A stretch of DNA of 64,000 nt from Auanema rhodensis (Eukaryota > Animalia > Nematoda), in assembly GCA_964057225.1 (NCBI GenBank), contig OZ059894.1:10106001-10170000 (forward strand), written 5' to 3'. The position numbers were made by a program, and so were the translations under genes. Positions 48,194-61,293 of the stretch are shown piece by piece; the stretch's first letter is position 1, and each line of letters starts with the position of its first letter. Under the pieces are notes generated by a model that was not told where the DNA came from, did not search any database, and worked only from the letters and a program-made list of their open reading frames with translations.

Positions 48194-49402
48194 ATGACAA
48201 AGCATGGTCGATTTTCACTCCAAACGATCCTTGTAATTCAAGGATGTTTACTTTATTTAGGTAAATAGAATGTAATGATTTCTTTCATTTATTTAGAAAT
48301 TTAATAAAACTTATTCTTTAAGTTCTTGAAAAAACATGGTCATTAGTATTCCGTGATGATTTGCCTGTTATATATGATCAAAACGAATATTATCGTTTCT
48401 ATCAAGGCTTCATCATATGTTGCTCATCTTCATTAACATGCATTCTAGTTATTTTTATTTTTTTGTTTACCAGTGTAGGTTTTTTTCAAATTTTCAATAA
48501 AGAAATTTTCACCTTTTTCCTTATTCAGTTCAACTTTTTGAAGAAAAAATTAATTGTTTTGATAAATTGTCTCCATATTTCCTTGTTTATACCATTCTAT
48601 CTATCCGGTAATGACTATTTCTCATTTTTAGAAAGTTAATAAACGAATTTTCAGGGTTTTATCTAACCGTTGATAGACCTGGCTTACAGTTGAACCACAA
48701 TTTTCAGCTCGTCTATGAAAAAGGTTGGGAAATATCTCAGAGAAATAGTTCGTCAGATTCATTTGAACATATTATTCAAACTAATAAGTTTTATTGTTGT
48801 TGCGGATTGGAGAATTCAGATGATATCATGGATGTTAGCTAGCAATAATCCGTAGTATTTGAAGCCTAATCATTGAATTCATAGAATTCGACTCTCTTTA
48901 CACACATATTGTGTCCGCAAAGACGATTCATAATCGGGGGATGTTCGAATACTTATTATCAAGGATGTTCCATTGTAATTCCCCTGAAACATAGAACTCG
49001 AGTCAAGGTAGTCAGCTCGTTTATGATGGTTCTAATCACAATTCCTTTAGTATTTTTCTTTTATTTCGCTTTTAACCAGTCTTGCAACATTGATCACATC
49101 TCCATTTTTCTATGCCATTTTCGAGGTTTTTTTTTATCAAAAATGTTTATTCTAACCAAATATTTTACCTTTTATTTAAGAAAGAAAGAAGATTATTTCG
49201 CGCTAACTATATACGTCAATGGCAAATAGAATGGATAAAGAAATTCAATAATGATAGAGCTGAATATGAAGATATAACTCAACTATCATCAAAACGAAAT
49301 ATTATTCATAAGAACATTAGCGAAACACGCTATTTGCTGGATAATACTCAGATGGATTCATATTCACAAATGCCGAGTACAAGGACAGTTGTCAAAATTT
49401 GA
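48194..49402 (+). CDS. Divergent tetraspanin-like 4-TM protein, ~292 aa, 7 exons
   Basis: Exons 48194-48260, 48323-48474, 48529-48607, 48655-48833, 48885-49018, 49080-49125 and 49181-49402 join in frame (879 nt). They encode three N-terminal hydrophobic segments, a large loop with IQTNKFYCCCGLENSDD and YYQGC, then a fourth hydrophobic segment. The exon-5 donor is the least certain junction. Confidence 0.72.
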
Positions 49403-49571
49403 ATAAAAATATTTTTTCGCTTTAGGACCATTTTCTTGATTTTCATTTTAAAAGATATTAGATTCATGCAACGGTTGCATTCGCATAAGCTTTAATGTGA
49501 AGGCTGATAATGAATTTCAAATTTAAAACTATTTATTATTAATTTTCTCTTAAAAACTAAAAAAAACATCT

Positions 49572-51684
49572 TCAAGCTATGGATTTCTGTTTCTTTTTTT
49601 GTGATTCCTCATACGGTATCATTCTATTAAAGAAGACAAACCAAAGAAGTAGGACAGACGTAGCTTCTACGGCCTCAATTACCCATATAACACGTGGCCC
49701 TCTGGTTGTGTACACATAACTGGAATAAGTTACATATTTAATTTGCTCTACCTATATAATGAGCTAAAACCTTGTGTTTAATGGAGCAATCATTCGGGCA
49801 ACACTACCAGCCATTTGGAATATTCCTTGTAGAGTTCCCTGGAAAAAAATATGAATGATGATATGCTTCCCAATCCTATATTGAATACCTGTTGTTGTGG
49901 TCCAATAATATGAGAATATAATGTATTAACTGTAGCATTCAGTAATGCATATGACATTCCAAAAACAAAGATTGAAAATCCATAGTAAGCCTTTAAAAAT
50001 TTCTGTTCTCAACAGATTTCAGTGGAAAACACTACCCATATCGAAGTAACCGTTAAGTTGGAACACCATTTGAAGCGTTGATCATCACACCCGTAATCTG
50101 ATCCTAAAACGAATTTTTTTTTTGTGAAAAGAAAGATCTAAAAGCACGTCTCGTATGAGTATTTACCAACCGTTTACACGTAATTCCACCGTTTGTGGAA
50201 GGAATGGATATTGATATGTTACGATAAACATCAAAACAAATGTTATTTGAGCGAATATGGCACACGCTCTGCTATTCAACCTTCAAGAAAAAAAAAAGGA
50301 ATTTAAGATTCAAATTATATAAATTATTGTTTTGTTTACCTCTTTCCTACGTTAAAAACAATGAAAAAGAAGTACATTGTTGCTCCGACTGAGCCAGCTA
50401 TGGCATACACAGTAGCATTATACTTGACAGCTTCTTCTTTATTAAAATGAAACATCATCATCGAGAATGGAGAATTGATTCTGAAAATAATTCGTCTTAG
50501 CAAGAAAATCCTCCATTCCTATGTTTCCATACGTGTCTATGGTGCAGTGAACGAAAATCTGTGAGAACCGAGTAGCAATGATTATGAACAGAGCAAGCAC
50601 ATCTGCGCGAACTTTCGGGGCTTCACCTTTCTTGAAAAAAAAATTTTTTTAATTCAAAAAATTGATTTTAGAAGAATTAAACCTCGGTTTTTCCTGTCGC
50701 AAAAGGTACTTTAGTTTCAATAAAAACAAATTTGACCAGGCTGAACCCCAACACATTGAGTAGCAAAGACAATATAGCTGGACCAGTGTACACATTAAAC
50801 TCAAATAAACCAAAAATTGAAAATCCATTTTCGCCTAATGGAGTGAAAAGCAACTGAAAAGCTTCAAACAGCCCAATGCTAATCAAAATTATTGCAATAT
50901 ATAGCTTTACCTGGCCCTATCATACTACCCACGGCAATACCTCCACTGACACACGATACAGCTCTCATACGATCATCTTTAGTTGAAACAGAACTAACAT
51001 AAGTTCGAAGTAATGTAATATTTCCTATAAATTCAATGATCTAAGAGTTTCATTTGTATGATAATGATGAATACCCGTTCCAATTCCAACGATAAATCTA
51101 GATAACATCATTGTATACATAAGCATTGTTACTGGCATATGTTCTAATAGTAAATAACTTGAATTACCAACTATCATACTTAAAAATCCAACTAATAATG
51201 GTATTCTGATCTGAAAATTCACAATTTTTCTTCAGAAGCTCTTTGTTTTATTTTTACTTGTTGAATACGATTGCTCCAGATGCCAGAGGTCGGAGCTCCA
51301 ATACATTGCGCAACACTATATGCTGTTAATATGATTCCATATGATGATTCAGTAATTAATGGATCCAACTTAATATAAACTTTTATTTGAAACTTAAAGT
51401 TGGAATTAAAAAAAACCTTTCGTAGATATGGCCACATAGAACTTGAATATATTGAAAATTGAACAGCTTGAATGAAAGCACATATTCCAGCAATATAAAT
51501 TGATTTCCATGGAGTTAATTTTGAGCTTTTCGTTATAAACGATAATTCTTCTTCTCCATCATTATACTCTGCTACTTCGTCAGTTTTTATGTTATTTTCT
51601 TTACAATCGATTAGTGAATGAGTTTCCTAGTTATGTCATAGATATCAGCCTCAAAATCCCCAAAATACAGTTTCTCACCTTCAT
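49572..51684 (-). CDS. Major facilitator superfamily transporter, MFSD8/CLN7-like nematode family
   Basis: Spliced protein reads MKETHSL...TPWKSIYIAGICAFIQAVQFSIYSSSMWPYLRKLDP...SRFIVGIG...YTGPAILSLL...LYSHIIGPQQQGTLQGIFQMAGSVARMIAP...FFNRMIPYEE...SIA*. Many short GT-AG introns. Confidence 0.92.
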
Positions 51685-54199
51685 AATAGTCGGTTAATCC
51701 TATATAATTATGTTACATCAAACAAATTCTGATGCTAGTACCTTAAATGAAATATTTTAAATTACAATTTAGAAGAATAAACAATCTATTAACAGTGAAT
51801 ATAAGGAATTAATCTGTAAAAGAACAGGAATTTCGAATAACTCATGTAAAATAAAGCATTCCATCAATAAAACAGCTGCGCATAGAACTGGCCACGGAAA
51901 TCGATGCGAAAAGCTTAGGCGATATGTGAATAACCCTAAGAATTTTTCGTCTATGTCAACAAAATTTAAAAAAAATTGATAAATATAGGAAGACGATCGA
52001 GCTCAAAGTTGAGGTACCACAGGTTTCAAAGTTCAATTGAATGTGCTTAATGCAACAAACTCAAACAAAACCTTTTTCGTAATATAACTCCCAGCAGGCG
52101 GAAGAAGCAGAGCTCTGGACGTATAATAGTATATATGAGAGAATTAGAGAGAGGAAAGAAGCAGCTTATGGCAAAAAACAAGCTTTTCATATATATATAT
52201 ATGTGAATTAAGCATGCTCACATAATTTGTTGGCAGATTCTCGGTATACGTTAATATAATAAAACATCTGAAACATGCTACTGATAATAGGTGGGGACAA
52301 ATGAGTTGAAACTGATAAAAGAACAATCGTTATTAATTATGTTTTATAATTATAACATGTTGTGATGAAATTAATATAATAAGAGATGCATCTTGATATC
52401 TGAACCTAGTTCTAGCTTAAATGTTTTTTGATGCGAGTATATAAAATCAGAGAAGAGTCAAGTCTAGTTAGATTAAAAATAAATCGTAGAGAATAGACAT
52501 CAAATGAGAGGGAGGATGGAAACTACTTACAAGATGAACCAAAGAAATAACTAAATAAATGAATTTCAAAAAGACCATTTGTTTCGTATAGTTAGCATAT
52601 GATTCAGAATTTTATTGCAAAGATTTATAATCTCAGGAGAAACATGAGCAAAACGATTTCGAAAGAAGGCGAAAAACTTTTCAAAAATCAATTCGGCGAC
52701 TCCAAACCTCAAATTAGTGATCTCCGCAATAGTGACGAAACTGCTCATGTAATCTACTAATATTTGTTTATTTCCTTTTTTGCTCTTTTGTTTCAATATT
52801 TAAACTGTAATAGAAATGAATGAAAAAAGAATAAGAAATATTCAGTAGAACTCATCTGTCTTTTATAAAAAAAAACATTTGAAAACAAAAAAAATTACAA
52901 AAACTAACCTTTTATTAAACTTTTTAAGTTCTTGGTAAGTATGTGCGAGTGTGTGTGTATGTGTATGTACAACCGTTCTAGTTACTATGTCGCATGAGAA
53001 ATGAAAATGACGTAATCCACGTGAGAAGGTAATTCGTCATGCTAATTTGAATGCTGCTAACTTTAATAGGTGATAGAAGTTGATAACAAAAATATATTAT
53101 TTTATATCTTTGATTATAAATTTTCATTTACCTACCATTTTCGAAGATTATTCAATGTGAATGAATTATGAAGCTGATTAGCTCTTATCATATAGCAGAA
53201 AAAATTTATTCTATTTTCTTTAAAAAAGCCTGAACTAAGATCAAAAACTAATGGAGAGAAGGTGAATATGTTTTGCAGACAAATTCTATTTTCGTCTCTA
53301 ATCGTTATATTTCAATGAAAATTATTTATTATAACTTGACTATATACTATGTGAATATGATGGAATTAATCTCAAACAGAGATATTTGATCTGTATTCTC
53401 ATGAAAACGTTCTCTCTTCATCTAATCAACTCTGTTTGGACTTTTGACCGACAGTTACAAGGGGATAAATGCTGCAAAGACGTTTGGATGCAGTTAGCAC
53501 GACGGCTGGTAACACAATGCTAATCTCATTCCAAAACAGTTGACAAACTTTGATGTTACCGGTATTTCCGGTTAGTCGTGTTGGCAACTTCTTGAGAAGA
53601 TGAGAATGAGGGCAACATATTGGCTTTCATGTATCTCTTCTTCGTCTATCCTCTATGTTCTATGTTGGATGGGATTAACTCCATATGTCTCAAATACTTT
53701 AACAAACCGATTAGCAACTTTTGTTCTTTAACAGCCACTGTATGACCGACTAAGGTAAACACTCATAATGGAAAATATCTTTTGACCTTTGTATCAGTTG
53801 GGAAAGTTGCATATAAGGCTTTTCAAATGATTGAGCCAACTTATTGTCAGATTCTCTACCTTCATATTGAGATCAACTCATTAGATTATACGCTTCACGG
53901 TTTATTCACCTTGGTAGAGTGAGTGAATAAGAGGTTTCAGATGTAATGTGAGAAGATTAGATAAACATGATATGAACCGAATAAAGGTCTTCAAACGAAA
54001 ATTAATTTATTAATTCTCACATTTTTTTTCTCAATGATGTAGCGCTTGAGTTATTTGCAATGACCGAGTAAGGTTGAAGAAAACAAAAGAAGTTAAAGGT
54101 ATGAGGGTAATGTAATAGAATGCGAGAGAGAGAGAGAGAGAAAAAGAGAGAGAGTGGCAAAAAAGTCCCATACCTTGAGCATTAGAGTATAACATACAT

Positions 54200-54202
<3 letters not shown>

Positions 54203-54274
<72 letters not shown>
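54203..54274. repeat. (GA)n microsatellite
   Basis: Direct reading of the sequence. Confidence 0.95.
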
Positions 54275-54276
<2 letters not shown>

Positions 54277-55537
54277 ATCATATACCTTCATCTACGAATT
54301 ACCGTATTCTCAATATTGACCATCAGCAGCATCTCTATAGTAGATGATGCAGCAGTCTGCATTGACCAATCATTTAATCGTTCGCGCAAATAGAAAGAAG
54401 CCCAACTAACTATCTTTTTATTTTTACCTTTACATTACAAATAATAAAAATGAAAAGTTTGTCTGTTGAATTGTCAAATAAGAACAGAGAAAGATATAGA
54501 TTAGAGCATAGAAATAGTAATATATAAAGAGAGAAAGAGAGAAATGAATAAAGAGAAACAGGAAGGAAGATGGACAACTAAAATAGTTTTTTTGACCTCA
54601 GGAAGGATATGGATATATCTTGTTATTCTTCTATGTAAATTACTAAAAGATTACAATAATTATAATATTATTAATGCGGTAAATATTGTTTTAAACTCCT
54701 ATTATCAGGTAGCAGGAGGTTTGAAAATTTGAGGAAAAGTTATAAAACACAGACTATTCAGCTGCTTTTCATGTCAACATTCTCAATCTGTCATCATCTT
54801 ATTTTGCAATTTTTAATAAAATAAAATTGAAAATAGATTGAAATGAAACCTTAAATTAAAAATTTCATCTTTATATATTAATCTTTACTATTTATTGTTT
54901 TTTTAAAATATGAATAAAGGTGATGAGATGACTTGTAAATATGTATTCGTCATTCAAATATTTAAAATTTTATGATATGGTCAATGATATCTTGAATTTG
55001 TAAAGAAAATATAAAAATTGATAACATAAATGAAAAGGAGAAGCTCTATGAATATCCATAAGATATGAAGGAGTCTAAACATCACTTCATTTGTAGTTGG
55101 CTATTGCTTGAGGGGGGATGTCTCAGAGATTAAGAGCGATTAAACTTCAGAAAAACTGTAAAGGATGAAGATGTGATCTTCAGTAAAGTCACTAGTTCAG
55201 TAAAACTTCTACTGACAGAAGAATCTGAATTTTTGCTGATGATGTGTACAGCATCATCAACTATGAAGCCGACAAACTCTCTCCAGACAACTAAAAAGTT
55301 CTCTCTAACACCCTCAATTAACTACTTATTTCATATTCTTTTCAATCTGATTTTTGATTTTGATTTGAATTTTAATGGTTTTAAAACGAAAATAATTGAA
55401 ATCATATTAAAAGTATGATGTATCTTACAGTATTCCTACCAGCCGTAGAAGGGTCAGTTGTGGGCGGAGCCAGATGGGAGGGGTCAGACGAGGAAGTGGC
55501 TGGTTGATCCGGCGATCGAGAAGCACTCAAGCGAACC

Positions 55538-56602
55538 ATGAACTACTGGTCAGGCTGCCAAAGTGCTTCAACCAATTGGAACACAGTAGCAACAGAAAGT
55601 TCGTCTCCAACAGGTAAGCTTTAAACTATTTTTGAGTCAAAAAAAGCCCGTCAAGTTGGTGATGTTTGGTAAAATTTTCTTTTTTTTCAGCTTCAACTTC
55701 ATCAGCAGGTTCTTTAGGAGAACAAAATCAGTTAGGTGGTTGGTTTGTAAATGGACGACCACTACCTACTCATCTTAGAAGATGTATCGTTGAAATGGCA
55801 CAGGTTTGAACAAACCTTATTAAGTTGGTAATTAAGTTTTAAAAATTATTCAGAACGGTGTAAGACCTTGTGATATATCTCGTCGATTGAAGATAAGTCA
55901 TGGATGTGTCAGTAAAATTCTGAATCGGTACTAGTTTTAATTTTTTTCTTTTGATAATAGCTTTTCTGTTTTCACACTCACACTCACACCTTGTTTGTTT
56001 AGTTTCTCCGAGAGTGGTACGATACTTCCTGGAGCGATAGGGGGAAGTAAGCCAAGAGTTACGACCCCAAAGGTTTGTATACAATTCTTTTCTTTTTCCT
56101 TTTTGTATTTTCTGTTTTAGTTTACATTTTACTTTAATCAATAACTTATGCTTTAAGGTTGTTGAGCATATTCGTTACTTGAAATGCACTGATCCAGGAC
56201 TATTTGCTTGGGAAATTCGCGATCGTTTGGTCTCAGATGGAATATGTGATCGAGCTAATGTCCCATCTGTTAGTAGTATCAGTCGAATTCTCCGTAACAA
56301 ATCATCCGAACAAAGTAGATGTACGTTTCTTTATCTCTTTACTCATCGTTATCTCATGATTCTCTTTTCAGCTCCAACCCACATTACTCCATATCAGAAG
56401 TGGCCACAGCCGGATATGATGCTTCAAGCTCAACTAAATGCTCAAATGAGTCTCGGTAAGTCATTGATATCATGTTGCATCATCTGATTTTTCATTTTTT
56501 TCTATAGAATCATACTTAACATGTATTCCACCGGACCCATATCCAGCTGCTTATTCTCCATTACCCTGCTCCTACGATCAATTTGCTTCCAATAGCGTCT
56601 GA
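55538..56602 (+). CDS. pax-1: Paired-box transcription factor, Pax1/9 class (no homeodomain)
   Basis: Exons 55538-55613, 55691-55803, 55854-55927, 56003-56072, 56158-56320, 56372-56455 and 56508-56602. They give [17 protein letters not shown]...[20 protein letters not shown]...[19 protein letters not shown]...[13 protein letters not shown]...[41 protein letters not shown] and ISRILRNK are Pax1/9 signatures. Confidence 0.93.
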
Positions 56603-57485
56603 TACGAAAATAATAAGATTACGGTATTTTTGAAGTAAAATGTATGAAAGGGTTTCTGATCTGAAAATTTGTTATTTCTCATTATATCTCATCAATTATG
56701 AGCTGCTTTCCATATACCTCAGGAATTTTTGATTTTTTTCGATAACAATACATGTGATATCATTTAAATAATCAATGTAAATACATACATATGTTTATTA
56801 ATAAAATTATATTTTCTTATAAACAAAATTAATAAAAATTAAAAAAAAAATAAACAAATAAACAAGTAAACAAATAAATTATTATTATTATACATAATAT
56901 ATACTTATTTTGTGTATGTGAAATGCTATAAAAATTGGACAACAACAACAACATAAATGAAGTTAAATTTTAAATTTTAAGTTTTATAATGAAATATTAG
57001 ATGTTGTTGTTTGATATTCTTCTTCATTTCAACTTAAGTTGAACTTAATTAAAGTTTAAAACATATAAAATGTATCCAACTGTTAGAACACAAGTAAAGT
57101 ATATACTATATATTATTATTATATTATTATTATTATTATAATAAACTTACATAATTATTTTAAATAAAAATATTTTTTAGAGATGAATTTCATTCAAAAT
57201 TTCATATAGAAGTTGAAGATTAAGAGTAATATTTTCCAACTTTTTCTTCATTAAAACTATTGAATTAAGAAAAAATTTAATTAATTCTATATTTAAATTA
57301 TTATATAAGTTTATTAGTAATAATATACAAATTTATAATTATTATTTGTTTTATAAAAAAAAGAAATATTTAAATTATTTTAAAAATTTAAAGATATATT
57401 GTATATGAGATCAAAACAAATAAAATATGATTGAGCGAGATCAATTACCTCATATTATAGTCAAATGATTTTGCTATTTGTTGAA

Positions 57486-58382
57486 TTAAACTATAAAACT
57501 TTGTAGATCTTTCATTGAATAATTAATTCTTTCTTCAGTATTAATACCAACAATAGCACTTGATAAACGAGCTCTTAATTATATGCATATAGTTAAATAT
57601 TGTTAAGTTTAAAACTTACTTTTCTAAAAATTCTTTTTTTAAAGCTTTATATTTCTTATTATCACCAAACCAAAATGGACATAGATATTCTCTTTAAAAT
57701 AAAATTTAATAATAATATAATAGTTAATTATGCTATTTATGCTATATTATACTTATAATACTAACCTAAGTGCATAAATATTGAATACAAGCCATGCAGC
57801 AAGGCAAAGAATACCAAAAACAATGTATAGCGTTTCTCGATATTCCGTTAAATTGAGCAGAATTTTGCTGGCTGAAAATAAATGTTTATTGAGAAAATAA
57901 AATAAAATTTAATTGAAATTTAAAAAAAAATTATTGGTTTGTTATTATGTACGACCGCATTACATTTTGAATAATTATAAAATAATTTTCACGTTGTTTT
58001 TAATGTTTTATTCTAATTTTACGTGAAGAAAAGGAAAGTGAACGTTAATGTAAAGTGAAGAAAATGATAAAGTTTGTTGTTGAAAATATTTTTTTTTCTT
58101 TAAGTTTAAAAGCTTTTATAGGGCTTTTAGACAAAGTTTAAAAATATGTCTGAGAATAGAAATAGGTTTTGATGACCAATTTGTTCTTAAAAAAAACAAA
58201 AAAGTTGTTTTATTCAAAGAACAAAACAAGAAACAAGGTGAATCTATCTATCTATCTATCTCAATGTAGTTAGGACGATAGGATAATACAGAAATGTTCT
58301 TGCTATCTAAGAACAAATAGCAGAAACATTGAAATTGCAATAAGTTATAAGGAAAAATACCTGTTAACCAGCTAGAAATCAT
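57486..58382 (-). CDS. Uncharacterised 95-aa single-pass membrane protein, 4 exons
   Basis: Exons 58382-58361, 57871-57766, 57691-57620 and 57573-57486 (288 nt) splice in frame at GT-AG sites. Product: MISSWLTASKILLNLTEYRETLYIVFGILCLAAWLVFNIYALREYLCPFWFGDNKKYKALKKEFLEKARLSSAIVGINTEERINYSMKDLQSFIV*. The first exon is the least certain. Confidence 0.7.
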
Positions 58383-59867
58383 GCCCCCTGTAGTTGTGAC
58401 TGTTTAGCTTATTCAATGATTAAGAGAGATTTTCGGAAAAACATGAGCCAACAAACGGTGGGAGGTGGCTATTGATATAACAGATATGAAGAGATTAACC
58501 TATAGGTTGATGTGATGACGGACTATGAACTAACTGGATGTGTTTCAGTCTGATGATTTTGAACTGTTTAAGAGAGAAGTGTGAGATAGATAGATAGATA
58601 GATAGATAGATGAGGTAAGATTGAGAGAAATAGAGAGAGAGAGCAGGAAATGGAGAAATGCTAGAGAGAAGATGTTGTCCAAAAGACATGTAAACTTAGT
58701 GAGAAAAACATGTATAACTAAGAAGTCAGTTGTTCTTTTAATTAAAAAGAAAAAGAAGTGTCGTTGTCGCGTCGTCGTCGTCGTCGTTTGTCATTGACGT
58801 TCGTAGTTCAGCTAAGAGCTCGTCAGCCTCCCATCGATATCATCTCTTATCCATTCAATTTTGTCATTTTAAAGCATTTTACAGCTTTACAGATTGACAT
58901 CATCAACGTTACTTTCATATATAAACTGAGGAAAAATGGGTGATGAGTTAGTGTGACATGAGATTGATTTTCAAAGATTGATAGCCATAGCCATATCATC
59001 ATCATTCCCTGCTTGCCCCCACCTACTCTACAGACGCTAATCATGTGAGATGAAAATGAGCAAGAAAAAAAATGAAAAAAACGATGAAAAGTACGAAGGA
59101 ATTGTTGGAAAAATGAAAATTTTGACTGAATAAGCAGCAGAAGATGAAGTAGTCGAAAGAATATAAATTGAAAAGACAAAATCAATTGTAATAAATCAGA
59201 AACAGATTTTATATAACAGGTGAAGAAGAAGACGAAGACAATTTGAAAGTGAGGAAGAAAAGAAAAACGTTTTTTTTTCTTTTTCTCTGTCATTTCTTGT
59301 TTTCAATAAACTATTTGATATTGAAAGTAAGAAATGTTGGTCAAACTATTCTTTTTCTTTTCTCTTTTACAATCTTTCCTAGTTTGCTTCTAACAACTTA
59401 TTCTATAAAATTGAATTTAAGGAAGAAGAAGAAGAAGAAGAAGAAGTGGAGTAGGAGGAGTGGGAGGGAGGAGCAAGATTGAGAATAAGGGAAGACTACA
59501 AGAAGAGATTCAACTAAAGTTTGATAAAATGAAACTTAACTAGAAGAATTACATAGCTTTAGCTATTTAGTATAGAACAAATCATTAAATCTTCTATTAT
59601 ATAATACATTTAACTATATTATATAGTTTATATATAAACAAAGAATATAAGAACAATCTTTATTTCTTAACTTAACTATAACATTTATTTTTTACATAAC
59701 AATCAAAGTTTTTAATGAAATCACAATTACTCGTATGGATATTTGATTTTATTTATAAATACATGTATGTACATTCTTTCTTTCTTTTCAAATTATATTT
59801 TTTTTCTTTAAAAATATTAATTTGTTCCTATTATTCAGATGTTTCATCATCATCATCTTCTGCTTTG

Positions 59868-61293
59868 TCAACATTCAGTAGCTTTAATAGGAGCAACACC
59901 AGGAATTTTCGGTCGTTTATAAACATTGGCTTTGATAAGAAGTTGACGATAATAACAAAGAGTTAAATAGCTCCACCAGATTTCAGCTAAACCTATAATA
60001 AAATAAATTATATTAACTATATCATATAATAATATAAATTTTTTTTAAAAATTAAAAAAGAATCAAAAAATAGATGTATTAATCACAAACATATAGCCAT
60101 GTGTATGTATGTGCATGCATATGCATTTCGGTATTTGAATTTTGCAAAATTTCTCAATCTCTTGATGCTGAAGTTGTGTGTGAATTATTGAAGTGAAGTA
60201 AATCCAAATGTTATTATTCAATGAGATAACATCATTTTTATTTTTTTTATCTGCTTTTTCATTAGTATTTAAGAGATTTTATCTTAATTTTATGTGGAAA
60301 AGTTGAATAATTACCAGGAACTAACAGCATACAACTCAAAACAATACTTGACGGCATCAACATTTTGCCATCGAAGCCAAGATTTAGTAAAACTATAATC
60401 ACATAATTAATAAATAAAATATACTAATAGATAATACATACCACTTGCTAATATAATGGTCATAATGATGAATGAGATCTGCCACAGATAATGGAGTAGC
60501 ACATAGCTTGGACGTCGATGTCGACTTCCAATATACAGCAAGAATGCTGTCATAACACATGATACACTCACTGAAATAACAGGAATCTCTTGATAATTAT
60601 GTGAAATAAAATGAAAAGCAATAACATGAATGAAGGAAAACCTACTTATAAGATGGAGAGCAAAGAAATATTCTCCCAATCCATCAAACATTCCCAAAAA
60701 ATAAAAATAAGTTCCATCCATAGCAATCAGATCCGGTGATTGAATGAGAAGCACCATGGAGAAGAAAACCTGTAAAGCATACGTTGTGAAGAATCCCAAA
60801 TTGGTATAAGGAAGCTTTGTAAGTAGGTTTTAGAATCCGAATGAGTTTCAAATGCAACCGAATATGACGCAATCATGTTTTTAAACTATTCTATCTTATA
60901 TAAACGTTGTGACGTAAGTAATGAAACGTGAGAATATCACGTGAATAATCTTTATTCTAATTAAGTTTTAATCTAATTAACTTACTTCTATACAACAAAT
61001 TAGATGTACGGATAATGATAAGTTTAATAATCCACAAAGACACATATCCTAAAGACATTTCGTTTAATAAGTGTTTTACTTGTCTTTTTCTCTTTTTCTT
61101 TTAGAAAATAAAATAAAAAAAGAAAATTTGAACACACCTTCTCATTTTGATTATTTTTGCTCGTATCTAATGATTTTTCTGTCATAATTGATAATAGATT
61201 AGCTGCTTCAAATCGAATAGGTGGTGGTTTAAGAAGTTTTTGGGAAGATTCTCCCGAAGTAGGAATACATTTCCAAATTTCCGAATCATTCAT
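59868..61293 (-). CDS. Uncharacterised 4-TM membrane protein (~224 aa), nematode tetra-spanning type with CLCG motif before TM1
   Basis: Exons 61293-61138, 61048-60986, 60769-60646, 60570-60442, 60392-60315 and 59992-59868 (675 nt) join in frame. They encode four hydrophobic segments, with MCLCG, LLYIGSRHRRPSYVLLHYLWQ and EIWWSYLTLCYYRQL. The ATG lies just after a TTTCATAG acceptor. Confidence 0.8.

Noticed and set aside
51915-51920. TTAGGC nematode telomeric hexamer (also other single copies)
   Set aside because: Only isolated copies; no array or evidence of a telomere-addition or DNA-elimination site.
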